Both the position numbers and the translations under genes were made by a program. From NCBI GenBank assembly GCA_043228905.1, contig JBHGNT010000007.1:14322001-14386000 (forward strand): a stretch of DNA of 64,000 nucleotides, read 5' to 3'. Of the stretch, positions 36,494 through 48,131 are shown in pieces. The notes below the pieces were generated by a model, which saw only the letters and a program-made list of their open reading frames with translations, had not been told where the DNA came from and made no database searches. Positions within the stretch are counted from its first letter, which is position 1. Every line of letters starts with the position of its first letter. The DNA is from Azolla caroliniana. Its lineage: Eukaryota > Plantae > Polypodiophyta.

Positions 36494-36819
36494 GGCCATG
36501 TGAAGGCTCAACTAGCGCCATCATTCGACATAAAGAACCTGGGGGACCTTCATTACTTCCTCGGGATCGAAGTGATTTGCATTCCCGAAGGCATACTGAT
36601 CAGCCAACGACATTATGTGCTGAGTATGCTCTTCAAGTTCGGTATGAAGGAGTGAAGGCCATGTGAAGGCCCAACTAGCACCATCATTCGACATAAAGAA
36701 CCTGGGGGACCTTCATTACTTCCTCGGGATCGAAGTGATTTGCACTCCCGAAGGCATACTAATCAGCCAACGACATTATGTGCTGAGTATGCTCTTCAAG
36801 TTCGGTATGAAGGAGTGAA
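36494..36819 (+). repeat. 163-bp tandem duplication in Copia C RT
   Basis: 36494-36656 repeated at 36657-36819 with a few substitutions. Confidence 0.93.
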
Positions 36820-38145
36820 AGTCTGTCTCAACTCCTCTTGATAGGAATGTGAAGCTTCGTCCCTACTCCGGAATGACATGCGACCCGAAAAGGTTTCGAC
36901 AGATAGTTAGAAGCCTTATATACTTGACCATCACCAGGCTGGACCTCAGCTATCCGGTCGGCTTGATTATTCAATTCATGGCACATTCGACCGTCGAGCA
37001 TCTTCAGTGCACGTAACGAATACTTAGGTATGTCAGTGGCATTAAGGACAGGGAATTGCTGTATCGAACCAATACTACCAAATAATTGGTTGGCTACACA
37101 AATGCCAATTGGACCGGAAACGCCACCGATCGTAGGTCTACATCGGGCTTTGTGTTTTCACTTGGAAGCACCATGATCGTATGGAGCAACAAGAAGCAGC
37201 CGACAATTGCATTGTTGAGCACGAAGGCCGAGTATCGAGGAGCGGTTGTCGCGACGTACAAAGCCATATGGCTCAAGAGGCTACTGAAGGATCTGCAAAT
37301 AGAGGTGTCTGATCCAACGATGATCTATTGTGACAAACTCAACAACATCCAACTGGTGAAGAACCCCATCTTTCAAGCCCAGACCAAGCACATTCACGTG
37401 CACTATCATTTTTTCCGCGATCGAGTACTCTCCGGCGAAGTCAAAATGGTGTATGTTTTGAAAGATCAGCAAATTGCCGATATGTTCACCAAACCCCTTG
37501 GCCTAGACAAGTTGCGGAAATTTTCGAGTGCGCTTGGTTTGCATCACCTCAAAGTGCCGAACTTGAGGGGGAGAAAGGGGAGGAAAAGATGGGAAGCCGA
37601 GGTGGATGAAGAGTTCGACTTCGGATTGGCAGAAGCCGAAGACAGATACAAGGGACGAGCCGAAGCCAATTGAACAAGGGGGAGGTAAAATCAAGAAGGG
37701 CAAAGAGGACAACACCAAGACATGGTCAGATGTGGTCAAGGGCCTAACGACATACGACATATCATAGACAATCGATTTGGTTGAATGGTTTGATTCGGAC
37801 GAACCGAATACATGAAGGTCGGGTAGGTGAGAAGGCAGCCGAAACCGACGCCGAGATGAAGAAGTCGACGGGTCGGGGGCCGCCAGTACTACGATAGCAA
37901 GGCAGTTGACAAGGGACTTACGAGCAGACAAGTCGACTGAAAGGGTCGAGATGCACGGAATCGGAGGGGTCGAAGAGCAAAGGACTAGAGGGATCAAGGA
38001 ACACAAAACAGAACTGGACGAGGAGCGCAAGCAAAGCGTGGAGACGCTAGGAATAGTCGGATGCTGACTCAAGGAGAACCTCAAGTTGAGCTTGAAGGGG
38101 ACTGTTGAGTGAGCAAGCTTAACTTGAGCCGGATTGTCTGAAGAA

Positions 38146-38741
38146 TGTAAAGAATATGCGGAATAATGCTCAACCACAACCGAGTCTTCAATCACTTCAT
38201 TGAGAATTACAAACATAGAAATGGGAATGTGGAGATAGATACATGTATACACAAAACACTGTAAACAAGAGAGTACACAAGATGTTAACGTGGAAAACCC
38301 TAAGAGGGAAAGCCCACAGGAGCCCACAGACTCCAAGCTATCACTATGTCAAAAGAATACAAAAGGAGGGCATAGAGGCAACGACCTCGTGTTCACTCTC
38401 TTCGCCTGGCGGCGGTTACCACAGAGAATCACTCTGTCTCTCTCTCTCTCTCTCTCGCACTCTCTCTCTGTTACGCTCTATACAACCATGGCCTCAATGC
38501 ACCATCGTCTAAAAGTGTTTGCCCTAGGTCATATTTATACTAATATGACATTAGGACTATTTACAAATATAGCCCCAATGGACTCTCAGAAACATATTTA
38601 CATATATGTCACTTCATCTGGTGAGAGGTTCTCACTGGGCCTGCATCATCCGGTTCTCACCGGGTCTTCCTTGCCGGGTAAACATCATCCGGTTCTCACC
38701 GGGCCTTCATCATCCCATCCGGAGGGACCGAAATCCTAACA
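38146..38741 (-). mobile_element. Solo LTR of the B/F (Tork-like) family inside the 3' LTR of C
   Basis: TG...CA ends, TSD AAGAA (38141-38145 and 38742-38746). Shares ACGTGGAAAACCCTAA and CATCCGGAGGGACCGAAATC with the B LTRs. Confidence 0.93.
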
Positions 38742-39923
38742 AAGAAGCCGTGAACCGGATTGGATTGGACCAATCGGTTAGGCCTGGATCGGCTAAAGAA
38801 GTCGGGAGCCGAATCAGATGGACATCGATCGGGGAAGCCGAATCGGTCGGAGCCGAAAGGCTGTTGGAAAGATATTTCGCAAAGGAATATTATTTGGGAG
38901 TTAGTGTAAGGGCTCATTTATGAGCATTTAAGTACTGATGGTACTTGTGTCAGTCCCTTTAAGGACTTGTATAAAAGTGCTCTCTAAGCACATTCGATGT
39001 ACAAAGTGTTTATTATTTTTTGAAATAAGTTTATGTTCTACTCTCTCTCTGTCTCTCCCACATACTCTTTGTGCATTTGAAGCTTTCCATTAAACCTACA
39101 TATTGTCTATTTCTATCTGTCTGAGCCAGTTGTGTCTACACTTCCGCACCTAACTCTTTTTAGAGTAGTCAACCGGTTCATGAGCAACCTTGGAAAAGAG
39201 CTTTCAGCCCCGATAAAATGGATATTTTGGTACTTGAGAGGCACCTCGACTGTGTGCCTCCAATTCGGTTCGGGTAATCCCACATTAGAAGGATTCACTG
39301 ATTCGGACATGTCGACTGATGAGGATACTAGCCAGTCCACGTCCGGATATGTGACAACATTTGCAGGGGGAGCCGTTTCCTAGTAGTCAAGGCTATAGAA
39401 GGTTGTGGCTCTATCAACCACAAAAGCCGAATACATGGTTGCCGTCAAAGCTAGCAAGGAAGTTATATGGATAAAGGCGTTTATCAGAGAAGAATTCAGA
39501 CTCTACTGCAACAACCAAAGTACCATCAACCTTGTGAAGAATGCCGCCTACCACTCGAGGACCAAGCACATCCAGAGGAGATACCACAGGCTTCGTGAAA
39601 GGGTAAGAGACAAGAACTTTACTCCGATGAAGATCCATACGAACAACAATGAATCCGATATGCTAACAAAGAGGCTATCGACAGAAAAGTTGAATGTGTG
39701 CCGGCAAAGGGTTAGATTGACAAAGCAACCCATGTCAGATTGAAGGGGGAGTTGTTGGGAAAAACGGTCCCTTCGGATGGGAAGAGCACAAGTCAAATCG
39801 GATGGAGTTAATAGGCAACTCGACAAGTGTATATGAGTACAAATATAGATAGGGAAAGTAGTTAGGTGAATATGGTTGATCATTATTGTTGTACAAGAGA
39901 TAGTTGGTTGTTGCCACTATAAC

Positions 39924-39925
<2 letters not shown>

Positions 39926-39995
<70 letters not shown>
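39926..39995 (+). repeat. (GA)n microsatellite in the F LTR
   Basis: Seen directly. Confidence 0.95.
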
Positions 39996-39997
<2 letters not shown>

Positions 39998-42335
39998 GTT
40001 ACTCTGCCACTGTCTATCAGACAAAGGATAGCCCAAGGTCATTGCCTTGAACCTTCTCGTTGTACTCCTCCTACCTTAGTCATTCTGTTCGGAGTTTGTT
40101 GACTCTCATGGTTTTTCCCTATTGGGCTTTCCACGTTAAAATCATGTATCTCTATACTTGTGTCCTTTGTCTTGTCTATTTTCTTGTTATTCTCAATCTT
40201 TGCACCCGCATACATATACGTGCTAACCCGTTGTGGCCGGATCGATTCTCGACATCTTTTGCCTTTAAAAATAAGAGCACTTTGCTAGAGTCCAACATTA
40301 TTTGGTTGAGTACAAATAGTCATGCAAATCTTTATTCAAATTCATGGAAAGTCCCACTTGTACTCAACTTTTTGTTGAAAGACTCCACCCAATCCATTAA
40401 ATCCTTCTTCATAATCCAAGATGAGTCATAAAATCCATATTCCTCAAGTAAGGCTTGTTCAAAAGTTCTCCAGTCTTGGCTTGCAACTTGTATCTCCAAA
40501 ACTTGAGAGTAAAGGCTTGAAGTAGCAACCCTTGAAGAGCTTGTCACTAGCCTCGCCTAGGAAATTCCTTTTTTACACGTTTCAGTCTTGTAGATTTTAA
40601 GATATTGGGTCACTTCCTTCCCATTGAAGCAACCAATGGCATCCATGATCCTTTCAATGGCCTTGTCAAGGCTTGTGACGTTGTCTCTCTCTTGAAGAAT
40701 CTAGTCTATCATCCTAGTCATTGCTTGGGCTAGATTATCACTAGAGTCTCTGGCTTTTGAGGTTCCATCCATTCTCCCCTGCCACTCTTTTGCGTCGGGT
40801 TTACCAAAGATGTCGTGAAGTTTTGCACATGCATTTGCTACTTGAGCAGGACCACGGGGGTCTTAGACCAGGGAGTCGGAGTGAAGGAGAAGACCAGAGA
40901 TGCACCTTACTGAAGAAGCTCCTCGTCAAGTGTTCATACTCCTCAAGCTTTCACTCGCCGAGTGTTCACACTCTTGTCAAGTGTTAGCACTCATCGTGCT
41001 TTCTTACACTCAACAAGCATTCACTTGTTGACCTTTTGTGCTCATTAACCTTTCAGACAATAGGCATTCCACTTGTCAAGAAACCTAGGGTTTCAGCATG
41101 ATTAGTGTGATAACATGTGTGAAGATTAACACTACTTTAAGGGATTAACAAGAGATTAGGACAATTAACGAGGAAAAAAATGAGAGATCCCTTTAGAAAA
41201 TTAGAGTTTACAAATTTCGGCTACTGGTTTATCACCGTGGGAAAAATTACAAAGGATTGGTTTACAAAGGTAATAATTAAAATGGAAGAGAAAGTAAAAT
41301 CTTGTGAAAATGATTCATAAGTGAAGAGTTCGTATGAATATCGGAGAAAGAAATTCCCGAGTTTGGTGATTCAACGATCAACAACATAGTTGTCGTGATG
41401 TGGTGCATCAACGTCGAGAAAAAGTTGGGTAGTTTCTTCAATGGCGGTTTCATCGGCATTCCGATGGTGGTTCTTGGAGGTTTGGCATCCTCTCTTAGAC
41501 GTAGAGCATTTAACATGATAGTCGGTCATTGAAGGGAGGGCGAAGTGGCATGGGAACACTTAACCATCTTCGAGGCGTGACCAACAGTGCAAGTCACGGT
41601 TCCGGCAGCCCACTTGACTCGCCTTCGCCGGTCTTCGTTTCGCATCTCTGTTGTAATTAGTGATTTAATTTGTAAAAACCACTGGATTCGTGGCGTCAAA
41701 CTGAATCGTTGTATAAAACCCATTTTTTGTATCATAAATCTTGTACATTCTATTTTGCTAAAAATTGTAGTCTTAATCTCATGCTTAGTCCTTATTCGTG
41801 AGTTGACTATCATGTTGATCTAAGGGTTAGCGGTCGGAAACCCTAATATTGTCGGCAAGTTGTAAGCCAACGAAGTTGAAACCCGCCAAATCGGAAGATG
41901 ATGCACGGAAGCCGCTGAGGGACAAAAATAGATGGGCCCATAAAGCATAAGACCTTCACCCTCTGACTCCCCTGTGACCCCAGTAATTTCCGTGACATTA
42001 TTGCCTGTTGTTGATGTTGTTCCTTCACACTCTCTTGATTTCAATTCAGTCTCCCCTTAGGCATCCCTTCCCTCTCTTTATATAGGCGCTGACATGTATA
42101 CAATGTATGTAACGGGGCATGACATGCATGATCGCCATTTGGCGCACATGTGTTACATGTGATGAATGACAGTTATCCAATTCACCCTAGTTCCCATGTA
42201 TGGCAATAGACCTAAGCCATAAGTATCAGGATAAGAATATAATTATATAATGTTGAGAATCAAACTCAACTTCCCTATGGCGTGAGCACATCCTAAGACT
42301 ACAAGTGTGTGGACACACCCCCACCACTATGTAAC

Positions 42336-43034
42336 CATAGATTGACACACGCGTGATATTCGTGATATTCTCCATGCGCAATATTCTCAATATTCGAGAA
42401 TACAAAATGGCCCCAAGAATATTAAAAACCCATTCATTTTGCAAAATATATATAAAATATTTATTTATTTATTTAAATAAATTTATTTCACCAAAAAAAG
42501 AACAATTATTCATTAATAGATTATAGCGTTAAGAGAGATTATGAAACTTATTTTAATTAATCAATTTTTTTTATTTTTTTTAAAAAACAAATACTTATAA
42601 CTTATAACTTATACATTTATTATAAAATTTTAGTTATACTTACAAATATGATTAGTATGAACTTTGAAGATATGATTTGTGTGAAGTACTATTTTTAATG
42701 TCAAAATAAAAATATCCATAAATTTTGAGGTAATAAAAAGTGAGAAATTAATGAGCCTTTATTTTATTTATTAAAAATAAAACAAATACATACTTATAAG
42801 TTATAAGTTATGCATTTATTATAAAAATTTAGTAGTGTCAAATCCCCAAGTCCCTCTTTTATTATCCCTATTTATTGTCAAATTCCTTTTTTTAATCCTA
42901 GGAAATTAAAAAAGGCAGAGATTTTTTTATTTTTTTTTGAGTTAAACGAATACTTGACCACCCATTCGTATTCGTATTCGTATTCGTTTGCATTCGAATG
43001 GGAAACCCAACGAATGCGAATATGTCAATCTATG
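42336..43034. mobile_element. hAT-type MITE
   Basis: Perfect 12-bp TIR CATAGATTGACA, 8-bp TSD TATGTAAC (42328-42335 and 43035-43042). The sister LTR near 54783 shows the empty site. Confidence 0.93.
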
Positions 43035-43242
43035 TATGTAACATAACTAATGTGTCATAAGACTTAACTTCTATGACACATAGTTAGTAGGTAATTAATT
43101 TTCCCCACTTTTCCAAGAGGTAGGTGTAGTAAGAGAGTGTAGTGAGAAAGTGACCATATAAGCACCTTCTCCTCTCATTTGTAGTTGTTAGTTATCATTT
43201 TTCTTGTGAACACAATCTTCTATTTTGTCTACTATGTGTCAA

Positions 43243-43294
<52 letters not shown>

Positions 43295-44005
43295 TGCATT
43301 TGAGAACACATGAAATCTTGGAGATATTAAGTGTTGGGTCCTCAAGAAATATCTTTTCGACACTTTGGTGACACCGGTTCTTCTCTATGGGGTGGAAGTA
43401 TGGGGCGGTAGCATCCCTAAATCTATGTGGAAAGAGTTTGAAAATGTCCAAAAACATTTTCTTACAAAGTTTCTATAAGTTAAGAAACAAATGTCGTACA
43501 CCCTCCTCCTTGAGACGGGATCGCTTCCCATTGAGATCATGGCCATAGAAAGGGTTGTTGAATACATGCTTAAGGTTCAAAAAAGTCCCTCACATCGACT
43601 TCCTAGAATTGCGTGGGAAGCAATCAAAAAGATCCAAAAGACGCATAAAAGCAAAATTTTGTGTTCCGGTTGGATGCAAGATATAGAAAAATGGTTTGGG
43701 AGATGGGATGCGAGACACTTGCTTCATGATGCATCAGTAGATTCCTTTGTAAATGAGGCCTTCTTGCAATGCCAATGTATCATGACATGGGACAAATGTG
43801 GAGGCTCACGCTTCCACATTATACTACACATGTTGCACCTAACTACAAAACCATATTCTTTGCGGAACGGGGAAATTGTACACATCAATACATGTTAGAG
43901 CCCATACCGTTATCTGCCATCGAACCATTGTTTCCATGCGACTTAGCTCACATGCATTGCGATGTGAAACAGGGCATTGGGGCAGAAGTGATGAGAGTGG
44001 TCGGC
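43295..44005 (+). pseudogene. Non-LTR retrotransposon (LINE) ORF2 C-terminal fragment
   Basis: YGVEVWG...LLLETGSLPIE...HRLPRIAW...RLSSHALRCETGHW, the pattern found downstream of RT in RTE-X/L2-type ORF2 proteins (motif recall). Confidence 0.65.
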
Positions 44006-44949
44006 TATACTCATCTGGACTACGTCGAGTGGTATGATGAACTACAACATTCTTTACAAATCGGCAATGTTGATTCGACTCGAAGGGTACACAGATACCG
44101 ATTGGGCTAGCTACAAAGCCAACTGACGATCAACTTCGAGCTTCATATTTTCAATCGACAACATAACCATATTATGGAGCAGTAAGAAGCAGCCGATAGT
44201 CACACTATCAAGCTAGAGGCCTAATACATGGGCATTGTTGCCACATGTGAAACCATATGGCTTAAAGGGGATTTTGAAGGATTTGGACATCTCCATCAAA
44301 GATCCATTCCTCCTATACTGCGACAACCTAAGCAGTATTCATCTGGCTCATAATCCTATTTTTCACATTCGGACTAAGCACATCAAGGTGCATTATCACT
44401 TTATCCAAGAATGTGTCCTCGCCGGAGATGTCAACCTGCAACATATCTGCACAAACCTTAAAACGATCGACATCTTTACGAAAGCCATTGGACCCTGTTA
44501 ACTCTTAGGGCCGGACAATGGCCTAACACAGGGTGTCTACGGAAGACACTTCACCAAAGGGGTGTTACGACAAGAGGATTAGGCTCAACGATTAATCTGA
44601 CTTAATTAGGTTACCTAGCAAGATCGTCCTTAATAATCACACGCGTAAGATATAACAATGAATGCAGAACGGCAATTAACACAGAGAGATAAAAACACTA
44701 AGCTTTATTAATTATCTGCTGAACATTACATTGCATCCGGGCCTTTAAATAGGTTTCCGGTTTGTAGTACAAAACGGTGCCATCCGCACTTGTTCGGGAT
44801 CGGTCCGGATCCGGAACGGCATACCGATTCCGGTCTGTCCGTCCACACTAATAGCTTACTTACAACCATTCCTTAATAATTAAATAACTCCTTCGTTACA
44901 CACTCTGGACTCCTTTGTCGGCCTGTAACACATGGCACGCCTGTGGGAT

Positions 44950-47759
44950 AGTACCTTGTACGTCGAATCCACCATCTAACCCTTGCTATTCTTCGAGAGT
45001 CTCTAATGGTTCATCTGGAATTGGTTGTTGTTGTAGTTGCTGCTGCTGCTGTTGCTGCTCCATTGATGGTTGCTGCGACTGGTCCTTTGGTGGCTGTTGC
45101 GGCTGCTCCTCCGTTTGTTGCTTTGACACCGGCGTTTCCGTCATTGCTCCCTCCGTCGTAGTGGTCTCCGGTTGATTGGTTCTGGCCTGGCCCTCGGCTG
45201 GCGACGGTTCCTCATCACTAAGGTTAACCGTTGCCGCTTCCCGTGCTTTTTCTTCCCGAACCTAGGACCGCTCGTAGCTTTCAAACTGGATTTGAGCGTC
45301 TAGCCTATCATCGTCTAGCTGAGCTACGAGTTGTTGGACCTACACTAGCTATTCATCCGCCAGGACTTGGAAGTCTTCAGCCAGCTCGTCCCGTATGGCG
45401 GTGAAGTCCTCGGAAGTCAACGTGTAACAATCATCTCCTTCCTTCCGCCGGTTTGCCACGTCTGCCCGTAGCAATTGGAGTTTCGCCGTATTTTGTGCCC
45501 ACTTTCTCCACCATCTTACGGAGATTTCGTCAATCAAGCGTTTTGTTTGATTCAGCCATGCTCGGAGGATGCACTAAATCCGGCCCATTCCCATGTGCGA
45601 TTTGATCTCCGCAGCTTGTCGTTCCTCCTTCAATTGCTTGATGATTTTGATGTTGTCTTCCGCCTGCTCCTTGTAATGCGTCAATTGCCTTTGATATGTG
45701 CTTTGTAATTTTTGCAATACCGTTGACGCTCTCTCCCTTTCTTCCTGCTGCTGACTCTGGAGCTCCATCCGGACCTTCTCCGCCTCGTCCAACCGTCTTG
45801 TATTTTCCGCTTGTTCGTCGGCAAGTGCCGTCGCGACCTGATCAACTTCCTGCCGGAGCTCGGTCATCCTTTCCTTATGCTCTATTTCCAGCCGTTTGTA
45901 GTCCTAGTGCAGGTGCTCAAAATCATCTGTCTTTTGCTTGAACCATACGTTGATTTGTCGACGGGCCCGGTCCTCGCGGTCCTTCTGCTGGCGGAGCTCC
46001 TCCTTTAGCCGTTCAATTTCCGTTTCCGCCGTCTTCCGCAGCTTGTCCTTTTCCTGCAGCACTTTGTCTTTTTCCTCCCTTAACCGGTCGTAAGCTTGAT
46101 GGCCTTTCCGGAGGCTCTCCTTTGCCCGGCGGAGGTTCTCAGTAGTCTTCTTTAATTCTGCTTCGGCCGCTGTCTTGAATTCCTGTTCACGGCTCCTTAG
46201 CGCTTCTTGTGTGGCAAGTTCATCTCTCAATTCCGCAAGCTCTTGGGCTTGCGCCGCATCTCTCTCCGGAACGGTTTCCGTTGCCGGGGTCTTATTAGTA
46301 TGTACAGGTTGGTCTGTTTCTTTATTCTGTACACTTACCGGAGTCACCGGTGATTGGATCTGTGTTGCCATTAAGGCCATTTTGGCCATTTCTGCCGTGA
46401 CCTGATCCAAGTCTTTTTCAAGGCACCGGATTCTGGACCGGGTCGTCTCTAGTTGTTCGGTTGTGACGAGCAACCGTTCACTTTGCGCTCGTTCTTCCGC
46501 CTCAATATACCCCACTGCTCCAGTAATCTGTTCGCCTATCCACCGAAGCCACAGGCTATCGGTGCATTGTTGTTGCGCTTGCATGGAGGTTTGATGGATG
46601 GGCTCGCTTGTGGGCGGGTGGTCCTGCCTGATTGCGCCGATTTGCAATTCTGTTTCTACCCGTGGACCACCCTGTTGTCCTGGTTCCCCTTGCACTTCTT
46701 CTTGGTTAGCCGAGGGAGGCTACATTGACCTTTTCGGCTCTGGCGGAATGGGACTTGTCGGTGTTGCCGGTGGTGCAGGGGCTTCTGATTCCGGTGCCAT
46801 GCGCACCGGTTCCGGTTCCTCCCTTGGCGTGGGAGTCTCAGTATGGGGAGCCGGTGTTCCCTCCGTCTGAGGGTTCGAACGTTTCCCAGCTACCTCAACG
46901 GTCCTTGCCGACGACCGTCGCTGGAGGTGCTCCGTAGGCTCCTCCTCTATTTCCTCCTCCTGAGTCCCAGCATTGAGTTTCGCCGCCAGGGGTCCGCTTC
47001 TCTATTCACCGGTCAGTGGAGTGTAATCTTTACGGGTCGTACTGGTGGTTCCTCCTACGCATCCGTTGGCTGCTTCCGGCTGGCGCTCTCCTTTCCTGCC
47101 TGTTTTGCGCCCGCCACCTTCCCCTTAGTGGCCATAGAGGCCAACAACTGTTGTCTTTTGGAAGCAATCTTTGGGGTGCCGTCCGCCACTCTTCCCTGCT
47201 TCTTGGGCTAGACGGGCTGGACGGGTGGCACAAGCAAGGTGAGCCACAGCGTTACTGCATGCCATATCCTCCGTCCTTCTCGGCCTTCTTTGTCGTCTTT
47301 TACTCTGACGATCTCGATCGCCGCACACAACCTGTCTGCGATCAAAACCGGTCAATCCACCTTAATCCCTTCATAGGTGGCGATGATCATCCCTGCCCGG
47401 TTCTGCGGCATGACAGGGGGTCTAGGGTACACACGGCCGTATTCGTGGAGCACACAGGCAATCTCGCGGAACAGCATATCTCCACCGCCCTGTGTCCGGT
47501 AGCCCTTGCTGGCTAGGGAGTACTCACCAAAATACTTGATGAGTTGCTCTGAGGTCGGATTGTCAATCGTGAATATGCCTCCCTCCGGAAGGCCTGTTAA
47601 CGCATGGATCACCTCCGCCGTTATGACCTCTGTGTCGATTTCTTTGATCACCTTGTCGGCTTCTTTGTGTGGCGGTACCTCCATAATCGTCAAGAAACCC
47701 TCGAGCCCGTGTTGCTTTAGCCATTTTTTGGCGGCTTCCGACAGCGTCTGCGGGTCCAT
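44950..47759 (-). pseudogene. Extra ORF of H2: plant-mobile-domain/Athila-ORF-like N-terminus, long coiled coil, Gln-rich tail
   Basis: ORF pieces 47352-47759 (VITAEVIHALTGLPEGG), 45904-46695, 45574-45867 and 45349-45537, same strand as pol. Confidence 0.7.
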
Positions 47760-48131
47760 GTCTGTGTCGAGGTCGGATTGTGGTGGCGAGGTTGGATGGT
47801 GATGAGAGTGAGAGAGAGAGAGAGCGAGTTCAGAAATCGGGGGTTCTCTGTGCATAGGTTCTCGTCTGGTGATCTTCCAACGCCTCGGTGCTTCTGTGCT
47901 CCTAGGTTCATGAAAGTAGAAGGTCTCCATGCACTGTGGTTTTTCTCTGTGCATTCTGGCGCCTTTTTCGAGCGTGTGCACGTCTTGTCCTAAAATAGCA
48001 TTATGTTTTGTGGCAGCGCTTAAATGCCCACTACGTACCTTTTCGCTCCTCGCTCTCTCCTCCGTTCATACCTCGCTTTTGCATGATTACTTCGCTTTCT
48101 TTTTTTCTTTTTTTTAAAATGTAGTGTGAGG

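Larger units (their letters stand above)
28887..39162 (+). mobile_element. Copia C (relative of A), decayed, carrying nested insertions
   Basis: 5' LTR 28887-29344, PBS TGGTATCAAAGC 29345-29356, 3' LTR 38103-39162 split by a solo LTR. TSD GAGTA (28882-28886 and 39163-39167). gag-pol fragments collinear with A. Confidence 0.93.
26960..40254 (+). mobile_element. 5'-truncated Tork-like Copia F (integrase-RT 26960-28886; RT end and RNase H 39163-39743; 3' LTR 39753-40254), host of Copia C
   Basis: Peptides closely match element B (ELVHTDVC, QKKGVDFDEIF, AAYHSRTKHI). Reading GV|VNRFMSN rejoins across insertion C. PPT GAAGGGGGAG, LTR TGTTGGGA...TCGACA. Confidence 0.9.

Noticed and set aside
44915-45175. 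Cys-rich metallothionein-like ORF
   Set aside because: It is the antisense reading of the CAG/CAA Gln-rich tail of the H2 extra ORF.
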